Source of the DNA: Podarcis pityusensis
Lineage: Eukaryota
NCBI GenBank assembly: GCA_964106645.2
Contig: OZ067044.1
Direction: 5' to 3' (one strand)
DNA: 64,000 bases
Made by a program: the position numbers and the translations under genes. Below are positions 37,411-48,701 of this stretch, in pieces. A model generated the notes under the pieces. It saw only the letters and a program-made list of their open reading frames with translations. It was not told where the DNA came from and did no database searches. Within the stretch, counting starts at the first letter, position 1; each line of letters starts with the position of its first letter.

Positions 37411-38453
37411 CGGTCTAAAGCAGCTAAATACCGTACATCTCCTGTTTTAAGAGAGGATGTGGTGAAAGAAAAACAGTAGGGGAAAGGAATATGTCACACA
37501 CACAAAACCTCATGACACCAGGATCACAGTGTTCCATTACACACAACAGCAGTCTCAGGTCCTGAACTGTTTGGTGAGAAGGTTGGCAAATTGCAAATGG
37601 GATTTTCTCAGAATTCCAAACTATGCAGAAGGTTATTGGCAGCTTATCCCACAAACCCTCCTGATTCCATTCAATTTCATGAGAGGCTTTAGTTTTGCTG
37701 ATTTGCTGAGCCTTAGATTAGACATAAAGAAGTGGAAGGGAGTGGTGGTGGGGGAGGCTAAAATATAAGGAATCCAACTTTCATTTTGTTCTACTGATTA
37801 CCAGGGAGCCTGTTTTGATACCAGAATGCAGTCCTGAAAAAAATGTGAAGTAATAAAGAGAAGGAAAATGCATTTGATGCCTTTTGTCCAAGGAGCATTT
37901 TCGTCATCATTCAGTTCATGCAACCAGAAGTGATACAGGTTTAGGGGACAAGTCAGGTTGGCGGAGGATGGATGGGCAGATTTGGCCCCCCTCTCTCATC
38001 CTCATTTCAGAAATAAAGTACTGCTAACTGGTAGAGGCAAAATAAGTGCCACCACTGAATATGATTCCACAAATATGACTCCACCTGCATACAAAGCCAT
38101 TGTAGATCAACAGATACACCCAATTCTCAATAGGCTTACTAGGTAGATTGGTACACTGACAGTAGGTTCCTCAGAATTTTATAGTGGACACAGTTATGTA
38201 AAGCCCTGCTTTTTGAGGCAAAGCCCAGATGTCTGGTAAGTCAAGAACCTATGAAATCTCTTCATTTCTCTCCTCTGATAAGCCATTCATTTGAAACAAG
38301 CACTTTTCTTATGTTGAAAACAATCCTCCCCCCTTTATGTTATCTTGGTAGGGGGTGGGGTAGAGACCTTGGTGGTGCTGTGATCCCATAAGCTGTGTGG
38401 GGGAAGCCATATTCTCCGCATCGAAGAGAAGCCAAAGGAAAATGGCACAGACG

Positions 38454-38516
38454 AGGTCAAAACAGTTCACATGGCATATGAGCATCTGTGTGTGCCATCT
38501 GACAGGTCCAAAGGCA
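38454..38516 (+). promoter_or_regulatory. Candidate enhancer core: nuclear-receptor DR4 + four E-boxes + Meis site
   Basis: AGGTCA-AAAC-AGTTCA (38454-38469); CACATG, CATATG, CATCTG, CATCTG (38468-38501); TGACAG (38500-38505). Confidence 0.4.
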
Positions 38517-40190
38517 ACTTGTGAGCTGTCTGTACAATATGAGGAGCTTACCAGAGATCTAGATGCTGCTGCTCGTAATGACATCTCCCATAAAGAAACT
38601 TGGTGAAGCTGGCACTCTGCTCGCACATGAGCTGCAGGGCCGGAGGTAGGCTTTGCTGATGCCCAAAACATGGGAGGGAAGCGATGGATAGACAGACAGC
38701 CGCAGGGCAAAAAGTAGATACTATTACACAGTCCCATCAATTTTACAATAATTTTACATTAGGAAAATAACTGCTATGATGTGTGTGTGTGTGTACGGAG
38801 GGTTCATATATTTTATTTTATGTATTAAATTTATATCCTGCCCTTTTCCCTGAAGGAGCCCAGGGCCCCAATCAACAAGTGACTATGCAATAAAAAGATT
38901 TTCTAGGTGTTGCTGACCTCCAACTCCCATCCCTGGGTATAGGCCATGTTAGATGAACCTTTTGGAAGCTGGGGTACAACAACATCTGAAGTACCACAGG
39001 TTCCCTTATTCTAGGGTGTGACAGAACGTTGGCAACTGCTTTATTTTTTAATTTATTATTATAGATCTTGCTTTACCATAATTGAAACTCTTATCTGTCT
39101 TTCAACACTTCTTTCATTTACAGAGGCATATAACAGATTTCAAAAACTAGTTATTTGTCACTGTCCTTGTAGGCAGCCAGATCTAATGTAGCTGATCTTA
39201 AATGTATTCTAATTTGTTTCCTGAGAAGCGGGAAGCAGTGGAAGAGTAACATACTAGGAATTGTCTGTTTGTGCCTTTCACCCATTCAATTACTGCATCC
39301 TTTTCCTTCCTAAGAGAGCTCCTCTGCGTTTACTTTTTCATTTTGTTAACTTGGACTTTCAAATTGCCTCTTACATTTAACAGCTTTTCTGAGAATCTCA
39401 AATGTGAACTAGCAGTTTTTTTCCTCATTTGGCACTTGCTAAATTATGATGTTTTCTCCAACTCTTAGCTCAAAAGCAGTACGGATTTATAGACATTTTT
39501 GCGGGGTCAGTTCTGTGTCTGCAGACAGGGCCTAACCAATCCATGATATAATTCAGCTGACTTCACTGATTTAACAAGCTAAAGGCATTTATCTCAATGT
39601 GTTCTGCTCTGTATGAGACTGGAAGTAACTAGCAGTAGCATAAAAGAAGGATGGCAGAGATTATCATAATGCATGTTAAATGTTGGAAAATATATATTAA
39701 GCACAGAGAAACATGAATATCCTAGAAGCACCTGGGGATTATCTCCCAGGCTATACTACCTTTGGGTTTCTTTACTTTTCCTAAGCCATTTGTCTTAATT
39801 ATTTATATTGTTATCTCTTTTTCTGACATGAATATGTATTTTCCAGGTAAAACTGCATGTTACCAGCTTGAAACTCCTTGGTGGAAGGACGTGATATGTT
39901 TGGCAAAATGATGAAACCAAGGGGGTTTAAAAGCAGATTTTGAAATGGTGCAAATTCCCTGCCAGGCACTCCGCACTCAAAAAAGGTCAAATGAATACAA
40001 AGTGTGCTTTGCTCTTTCTTCAACACTCTGTATCTGTAGCAGTTTCTCCAAGGAGCCAGTAGTTCTTAGCAGCAGTTCAATTTGCTTGATTTCAGCCTCT
40101 GTGAGCTCGTGACCAGGACTTGTAAACAGTGGCATTAGTGAGGGCACTGTGTTCAGGAGGCCCCGAGTACTGTTTCACGGCCCAAGAGAC

Positions 40191-40778
40191 ATGGATGGTG
40201 AGGGAACTGCTGCAGTGACCCTGCAACACCTGTGCTATATTTGCCTTCTTGCCTTAGAATGTGCAAAACTACCGCTGCAGCAAGTGCACGCTGGTTGCCT
40301 TGCTGTAAAAAAAGGTACAGCAACTTGAGGAACTGGAAAAGATGAGGAATTTCTTGGTAGAAAACAGTGGACTGTCCTGGAACACAGGTGTGGTGCTCCT
40401 AGGAAGGAGGAAGAGGCCAATTGCAGAAGACAAACTCCTGGAGGAATGTGACACACAGAAGCAGGACTATCAGGAGCCATGCTGTGTCACTGGAGCTGCA
40501 AAATCGATGCCATGCTCTCACCTTGGACACAGTTCTGGGCCAGAGGAGCTAAGAGAGCAGTTGCAGACCTCAGAATACACTGAGGTGGCTGTGGAAGGTA
40601 CCATGTACAGAACAATTCCTGCCACTCACCAGAAAAGGAAGAGACATATGGCCATGGTAGATGACTCTCTACTGAGGAGAACAGAGACAGCAGAGTGTGG
40701 AGATAACAGGATGTCCTGGAAGATGTGCTGTCTCCCAGGTGGAAAGATTCACAATTCACAGAGAAGTTGCTAAGTCTC
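40191..40778 (+). mobile_element. CR1 LINE ORF1 fragment (zinc finger/zipper + SGNH esterase), pseudogenised
   Basis: MDGEGTAAVT/CNTCAIFAFLP*..YRCSKCTLVALL*KKVQQLEE (CxxC...CxxC) followed by RHMAMVDDSLLRRTE...MCCLPGGKIH (CR1 esterase VVVGDSLLRGTE...VCCLPGAKI); contains a frameshift and stops. Confidence 0.85.
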
Positions 40779-41376
40779 GTAAAGCTAAGGGCATTTATCT
40801 CAATGTGTTCAACTGCACATACACAAAAAACATCTTGATGAAATATTTCCTTTTTGCATACAGCTATCATTCACAAGCCATTAGAGAATGTAGGATAAGT
40901 TTCTGTGAAAAGCAAATGCAACTTCTGCAAGAAACGTTTCTTCTTTTCTTCCTTCCTTTTTCTTCTAGACCACACTTTCTGTTTTTCTCCATGAAAAGTA
41001 ATTCATTATGGTTCAGGTAAATATCATGTAATTTCAGTATATAGTAGTTCACATTCCAGCTGGGTTTCAATGCACTTTACAAATATAACTAGTGAGTTTG
41101 GCATAATTATAGCACAGTGGACACTTTGGTAGCTAAACACATGGTAGTTGCATGCCAGTATTTGAAATGCTTACATTATTTATTTACATTTCTATTAATA
41201 GGAAATGTAAATGATTGCAATATGTCATTTTCCTTTATTTAGCATTTCCACTATATGTTTTATTTTATTTTTTAAATGTTGATTTAAGATGGTCTTTAAC
41301 AAATATTTAACTGTTGAATTTCCTGCCAATGAATGCAATATTCAAAACAAGAAGTATTAAAATTTCTCCTTTCTAA

Positions 41377-41399
41377 ACCAACCAACCAACCAACCAACC
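41377..41399. repeat. (AACC)n microsatellite
   Basis: Direct observation. Confidence 0.9.
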
Positions 41400-41420
41400 T
41401 GAAGGTTGGTCTATATAGGC

Positions 41421-41557
41421 CAGGCTTCCTCAAACTCGGCCCTCCAGATGGTTTTGGCCTACAACCCCCCATGATCCCTAGCTAGCAGGACCAATGGTCA
41501 GGGATGATGGGAATTGTAGTCTCAAGACATCTGGAGGGCCGAGTTTGAGGAAGCCTG
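41421..41557. mobile_element. Young palindromic hAT MITE
   Basis: 30-bp perfect TIR CAGGCTTCCTCAAACTCGGCCCTCCAGATG; perfect 8-bp TSD ATATAGGC. Confidence 0.95.
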
Positions 41558-44143
41558 ATATAGGCTATTAACCGAGAGAGTCAGAGTGTACATCTCACAG
41601 GGAACAAGTTCCTAGATTTTAAATTGGGAAGAGAATTACAGCATGATTGCCCTGTACTCAGCTCTTGGGAACCCTCTTGCCAAGTTTGGTGACAATATCT
41701 CGAGAGGCATCTGAACCCATAGGGAACTGGTGGATGGTCATACACAGAAACCATTTTCCAAAATATATAGTAGATAAGCAATACTATCACCACATCAGAG
41801 AGATTATAGAGCACAGAGGTGGTGCTCTTTCAAAGCTTGGTTGCATTTAAATCACTCCTTTATCAGAACAAACTGAACAAGAAAAATAACAAAAACAGTG
41901 AGGGATGGTTGGCAAGTTGCCTAAGGCACTGGCCTGAAAGATCAACTTTGACTCTACTGAGTCAAAGAGCAACTGTTTCTTTATCAAGAGAAGATAATGT
42001 CCCTGAATCCCATGACTCCACCTGACATAGCCAGGGACATCAGGTTCCCTTGCTGCACAAACCCATAAATATCCTCCTGATTCCCTTCAATAAGCACGAG
42101 CTAGAGGTTAATGCTGTGGGGATGTTTGATTCCCTGCTGTTTTAAATAATTTCATGGGAAACCTAATGCAGTAGGACACTAGTTTGGAGAGGTTATTACC
42201 CTCATCAGATTACAGCACTTTCCCCCTTTTATTTTCTACCAATTTCCTGGCCTCATCGGTCCTCTCCCTTCATTTACCACAAATGATTCTTCAAAATGAC
42301 ACTCCGTGGTTGGATGGAGACAGTATTGGAGAAAACTTAATCCCTAATCAGTGGCCTGTCAATGCTAGTAGTAGTGTGAATCTTTCTTTTAGCTTCGGCT
42401 TGCTTGGATGTAGAAATCCACTGTGTTTGTTGTCATTGAGAGCATATTTCCTGCCCTCTGGCAAGGATGTTCAGAGATGGAACCCTGGGAACAGTGATGG
42501 ATAGCACCCAATTGCTCAAGAGTGCATGTGAGGTCTCCAAAGCCTATCAAGGGCCATTGCACCCTGGATAAGAGAAAACAGTGCATGTTTAAATAGTTGC
42601 CAATATAGGGCAGAAGTGATACATGCTGGCCATTGCACTCTTATCATATGAGAGATTCGAAATGGATATGTTGGCAAAGCTTGAAAAAGAACTTCAGCAG
42701 ATTGAAAAAGCCACCTCAAAGTCCAAGCCTGAGAGAAAGTCTCTCCACTCTTTCTGTCAACCCCCTGCCATGAATACCCACCTTCCAGCCCCTTCCTGTA
42801 CTGACTTCCCCACTTCCTTGACTAGTAGTGGCTATGGGGGTGGGGAGCAATGGTGGGGTGCTTGGGAACAGGAAGTTCTGTTCCTTCTCCATCATGACAG
42901 TTGAGCTTGGGAAGTCTACAGATCCCCTGGACTATCAAGCTTCTCCTCCGGGCACATAGATAACTACACAAGTGGATCAAGAGGAGAGAATGGACTGATC
43001 TCTTCTCCTGTCCCTGTGCCTTGCTACTGCTGCTGTTGGCCGGGTAAGTAAAGGATGAGGAAGGCATTTTGGAGATAGAGAGGCTCGCTGGCTATTTTCA
43101 TTTAACATTCATAAAAATTTAAATGAGCAAAACTCATCAGTAGGTCAAGACCTTGCTGACTCTATGGGCAACTGCCCCAGGGCAGGAGCCACCACACTAA
43201 AGACTCAGTCCAAGGAAAGGGTGGCTGAACCTCAGGGGCATGAGGAACCACCAGAAGTGTCCCATCAGAAGAACTCAGTGATCAAAATGGAGAAAAAGGA
43301 ACCAGATGGTCCTTATGGTTCCTAATGTATCCACTCCTGAAAGAAGGGTGAGATACAAATGTGATCAATAAGAATCATCATTCATACATTCATATACTCC
43401 TGATGTCCTTGTTCCACTGGGCCTTGAGCAGATGCAGATGCCTAGAGTTTCATGGTGAACAAATGAAGAAAGATGGATGATTTCAGGATAAATGTTGTAT
43501 GTTCCATTAGCATTCGGAAACAATGACATTTTGTACAATCATGGGCATAATCCAGTGAGAATTACTTCCAAGCAAACTCCAGGGAGACGAAGGAATATGA
43601 TGATTGGATAGCAGCTCACTAATTGTATTACTTTGAAAATTGTATTTTAAAAAAATCTTCCCCTTGACTTCATGTGCAGCTATAATGATAGCAAGAAGAT
43701 TGCCAGCAAAGCACCAAAAATCTATTTGATCCAGAAGAAATCTGTATGAATCCCGCCAGGGGTTTGGGAAGCAAATGAAAAGTGGCGGGAGGCAACTCTC
43801 TGAAGTGTAATTGCAAAAGCTGGTTACAATTAAATGATCTGAAATTTTTATGAGGTTCTACTTGGAGGGGCAAGGAAGAGGTGGGCCAAGCTAAACAACC
43901 ACTCCCAAGTGAAATTAGTCAGAGGAAAGTGGGTGAAGATCTCTTTGCCTGTTTTGCCTAAAGGCACATTTAACTGACAATATTATATAAAGGGCATTAA
44001 TTGGCAGTTCTTGCTGCAATGCTAGGGCTAATATATAGAGAGACAAAAATACTATGCTCTGAGCAGCGAGAGTTTCTGCTTGCGGAAAGCTGCTACACCA
44101 CCACCTATGAACCATATTTTAAAATGCATTTTTAGATTTGAAC

Positions 44144-44283
44144 NNNNNNNNNNNNNNNNNNNNNNNNNNNNNNNNNNNNNNNNNNNNNNNNNNNNNNNNN
44201 NNNNNNNNNNNNNNNNNNNNNNNNNNNNNNNNNNNNNNNNNNNNNNNNNNNNNNNNNNNNNNNNNNNNNNNNNNNNNNNNNNN
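44144..44283. other. N-block (140 nt)
   Basis: Run of N. Confidence 1.
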
Positions 44284-44864
44284 TAGTTAAACTGCAGCAT
44301 TCATTCTAATCCATTAGACTCTCAAAGAGACCTATATTCTTCACAATACAATTCTCTCCTAATTCATCTTTCATGCTGTGTTTATTTAAAATCCACTTTC
44401 ATTGCAGAATAATTTGGGGTGCATACTTAGTTTATATATTACCATGGATTGGTTATTCCCCAACACACATTAACCACTTTGTTATATTTATGGGTTGCTT
44501 CCAGATGACCTGATTATTGAATATTCATTCTGATTTGTTCGCAGGGAGGTTACATGACATCCAGTGTTGATTGAGCATTCTTTCTGGTTGGTTTCTTTTT
44601 TTCACCCTGGGAGGTTATACGACATCACATCTAACAGTTGCTATCCCATCACTTTCCTTACCACACATAAAAAATACAGTTATTTTACAAACAGGTTTGT
44701 TGTGGAAGAGCACCACTTCTGTTTAACTATACAACCTGAATATGCTGGTATGCAGGCGTTTCCCCATTTGGCCTGGGAAGGCAAGACCCTGACTGACTCT
44801 TGGGCTGCAGAGTTGTTTGTTGGTGTGTGTGGGGGTGTTGTTGCTGGTATTGATATTATTATTT

Positions 44865-45098
44865 TTTAATCTTTATTTTAGATCTTCTGATTTATGTGAA
44901 AATTGTTGTGTATTTTTAATGTTTTAGTTATTGTTTATGACTACTTTTGCTATGTTGTAATTATGTATTTTTTCATGTTGTAAGCTACCTTGAACATGAT
45001 TTGAACTATGAAAAGTTGGCATACAAACTGCTGGGTATTGAATTTGGGACTTTCTGCAAGCAAAGCAGATGCTCTACCAGTGAACTATGGCCCTTTCT
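44865..45098. mobile_element. L2-type 3' tail (+) abutting a tRNA-Ala SINE head (-)
   Basis: T-rich UTR ending TGTAAGCTACCTTGA...GGCATACAAA; then GGGTATTGAATTTGGGACTTTCTGCAAGCAAAGCAGATGCTCTACCAGTGAACTATGGCCC. Confidence 0.55.
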
Positions 45099-46421
45099 CC
45101 AAAATAAGTGCTGCACCCTATACAACTGTATTGCCCATCCAGTTATTGCTGGGCAAATTACGTGTTTGCTTCCTATGAATTCTACTGACATTGGTTCACA
45201 TTGAAATGTATTTTACACTTGCCAGCCTGGATGACTGCAATAAATGAGAAAACGGTGAACATACTTGAAGAAACAGGCTTTGAAGTTGTAGTGCCACCAC
45301 CCACCATAATTGTTGGTTTCGGGTAAAATTGTATCCTGGGGTGTCTTTTCTCTCTGGGCCAGTTTTTCTTGATATTTGCCCAATCCCCTTCCAGCAATGG
45401 GGCTGGCCTGCTTTCTGTGGGGAGGATTTCATTGTGTGTTATGGGACTTGAATGCATCTTGAGAACAAGGATGTAAAAAAAAAAAAAAAGAAATCCACCA
45501 AAAATGTTCTTTTGCTCTTTGGTGTTATAAAGGAATGTTATTTTATTTTATTTGAAAAAAATAATCAGAAGGCAAACCAGTTCTCTGGGCAGAAATACAT
45601 CATAGTCGATTTAGTACCCATGACTCTCAGCTTTTCAATTAGAACTTTGAATCACATTCCTTGATTAGGAACAAGCAATCAATCATAATTAATTAGTTAA
45701 AATGTTCAACCGTTAAAATCATTACCATTAATTAAAATAATTATCTCTATTTTGGCTGCACTTCATTACCATTTCAGGGAATGCCTTGTTTAACTACTTT
45801 TTTTTTGCCTAGTGTAGAATTGCAGGGAACGAAAGGAGCTCTGTAGGCAGTATAGTCCTCCTGCCCCCCCCCCCAAGATCTCTTTGTATTCAATGTCTAC
45901 TAAGCTGTTTTATTTTTAATTCCATATTTTGCACAAAAAACAAATTCAGCTTTTGGCCCTTCCAAAAGGGAAAGGAAGTGTATTGTAATGCATTGCTATT
46001 TACAAAACCTGTATCATATTATACCCAATAAATTTATTTTAGGGTGCCTTCAGACTGTCAGTATTTGGGGGGCAGGATTCAATTGCACAACAGAATTTTA
46101 GCTTTGCACAATTAAGGTGGATTTAAGTGCAGTTTAGAAAGTGATGGGTTAGTGCACTGAAAATTGTGGGTTGAATGAGCGATTAAAGGAAAGACATGTA
46201 AGCAAATCAGGATTAGTGCTCATCATCATATAACTACCCCTGTAAACAAATCAAAATGAGCAAAGACTGGGCAGAGTATAACCATTCTTAAGCTTTGTGC
46301 AAGCAAATAAGGATGGATGCAGAACAAACAGGGCATCAGGAGGAGTCCTCAGAAATTTCTTGTTCAATGTCTACTTAGTTTCAAGAGGACAAAGGTTATT
46401 ATTACTTTTTTGCAAGATGTA

Positions 46422-46777
46422 AAAAGGTAAAGTGACCCCTGACCATTAGGTCCAGTCGTGGCCAACTCTGGGGTTGCGGCGCTCATCTCACTTTATTGGC
46501 TGAGGAAGCCGGCGTACAGCTTCCAGGTCATGTGGCCAGCATGACTAAGCTGCTTCTGGTGAACCAGAACAGGGCATGGAAACGTCGTTTACCTTCCCAC
46601 CGGAGCGGTACCTATTTATCTACTTGCACTTTGACATGCTTTCCAACTGCTAGGTGGGCAGGAGCAGGCACTGAGCAACGGGAGCTTACCCCGTTGCGGG
46701 GATTCGAACCGCCGACCTTCTGATCGGCAAGTCCTAGGCTCTGTGGTTTAACCCACAGCGCCACCCACATCCCTTTA
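46422..46777 (-). mobile_element. Sauria SINE with 12-bp TSD
   Basis: Full head-to-tail copy; TSD TTGCAAGATGTA at 46410-46421 and 46778-46789. Confidence 0.97.
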
Positions 46778-48658
46778 TTGCAAGATGTATTTATAAATTA
46801 TCCTTTAAAGTACACCAGCTACTGCTCTGCCAAGGCAGGTGTTTAGGGTTGCCATGTTCCCCAAAGTGAAAATCCAGACAGAGTTGTTGAGCAGCCCTAC
46901 AGGTGTCTATGTTTAGGACAGTGGTCCTTCTATGGCTTCAACGGAAATATTACTACATAGCTATGCAAAACGAAAGGAGTCACATCAAATAGCATATCTC
47001 ACACCCCTCCTATTGCTGCTGGGGAATGGCACAGCATACGTGGACCCCTCATAACTGGATGATGCACACTACCATTCTGGGTGGTCTAACCTGAGTTCCC
47101 CAAGACAGTGCATTCAACCTTCATGTTTGTACTGTTGCTGGAAAGGGCTGAGTGGTATATACGCATGCTCACTTGGCATGCACTATTTGACCCTAACATT
47201 GCTTATGCATTCCTAGAGGAAAATGAGGTCTACTGTAGAACCTGGAAGAGCATAGGGTTGAAGGTAGAAGAAAATGACTTGGAACTGCACAATCGCCACT
47301 TAAACGCTTACCATTTGGTGGCTGAAACTGCAGAGAGAAGCATTCACCTCCAGCCTCCAACTATGCTTCATGACTCCAAAACAGCTACGCAGATGGGGGA
47401 GCTGGTGGTAACTCTGGGCATAACAACTACCTGTCAACTCTCAGATGCTGATGAGCAGGGCCATTCACACTTTAGTATGAAAATACAATTCAGAAATGTA
47501 ACTGGATCTGACATAATGTCACAAGAGGAGCCTTCAATCCAACACATTGGGAGCAGTTGTTACTAAGGTTGGGCAACTAGCAGTTTCTAGTATTTCTGTA
47601 ATACCAGTTTCTTTAATGTAGTAGGTGTTTTTTTTAAAAATCCAAGAATGATTAGAGCCTGGTTTGGTAGAAAATACTACTGCACACACACAATCTCAGT
47701 GCTTCGGTACAGGAAAAGAATGACTTGTAATGTCGCAAGATCAGGTTACCTTCTTGTCCTTCACCTGGTGCCCTCTGGGAGTTTTGTGGACCACAACTTC
47801 AAGCAGTCCCAGCCAGGAGGGCGCCAGGATGGGCAAGGTGGATGTACTCATATTCTTATATGCATGGTTTGGTTAGACGAAAAAGCCTATTGTAGAAGAG
47901 GGCTTTCAAACTTCATTTCTAGAACAAATGAATTTTGACCAACCTTCAAGATGTTGATTTGATCAACATCAAAGTGTATCCGAATGAGACTGCCAGATCT
48001 TGTGCAGTTCACCCTTCTTTCCCAAGTGATCCTCACTCATTCTGACTCTGTCAAACACAGCAGGAGAGAGATGATTCAGGACCTGACATGTACTTCATTG
48101 CAAACTCAGAAAAATTCCCGAGCTGCCAGGCCCAGAACCTGTTAAAACTCAGGGTCCTCTGTTCTGAGCCTATCTGTTAACAGTTCATTAACATGAAATG
48201 ATCCACTATGTGACCACAGAAAATTATTTCATAGTATTGTAACTGACAGCATGTTCCAGGGCCACCTTAAGACCTTTAGAGGCTCAAAGCTCTGGTTTTA
48301 CCCACAGTGACTACTTTTTTTTTTTTTAATGTCAAATTCTCAAACAACAACAACAACATTTTTTGTGCTTGCCCCTGCTTTGTTGGTGCACATGTTTAGT
48401 TTGCCTATTGGGTATCCAGCATTGGTGTGATTTAATAATAATATGTTAGGACGAGGTTGTAGATTATTTGGTCCAGTGTAATGGTCAAGAAAATTGAGCT
48501 TTCTCTCTTCTTTCTTGATCTAAAAGCCAGCCACTTGGGCAGAAGCTACTTTTGGTGCTGCAGTACTACTGTGGAGATGGGGAAACTGTGGTCCATCAGG
48601 TGTTGTTGGAGTCTCACTCTGACTCCCATCAATCCCAGCTAACATGCCCAATGGTCAG

Positions 48659-48659
48659 A

Positions 48660-48701
<42 letters not shown>
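48659..48701. repeat. (AAT)n microsatellite at the L2 3' end
   Basis: Direct observation; follows a half hAT MITE (~48572-48658). Confidence 0.95.

Noticed and set aside
38309-38740. 143-aa minus-strand ORF
   Set aside because: Non-ATG start, no homology recognised; region better explained as regulatory.
42623-43050. Coiled-coil-like ORF (MLAKLEKELQQIEK) and a strong GG|GTAAGT donor after a Leu-rich stretch
   Set aside because: No consistent exon structure or recognisable protein.
47108-47566. 152-aa ORF
   Set aside because: GTG start, no motif; about one such ORF is expected by chance in 64 kb over six frames (rough estimate).
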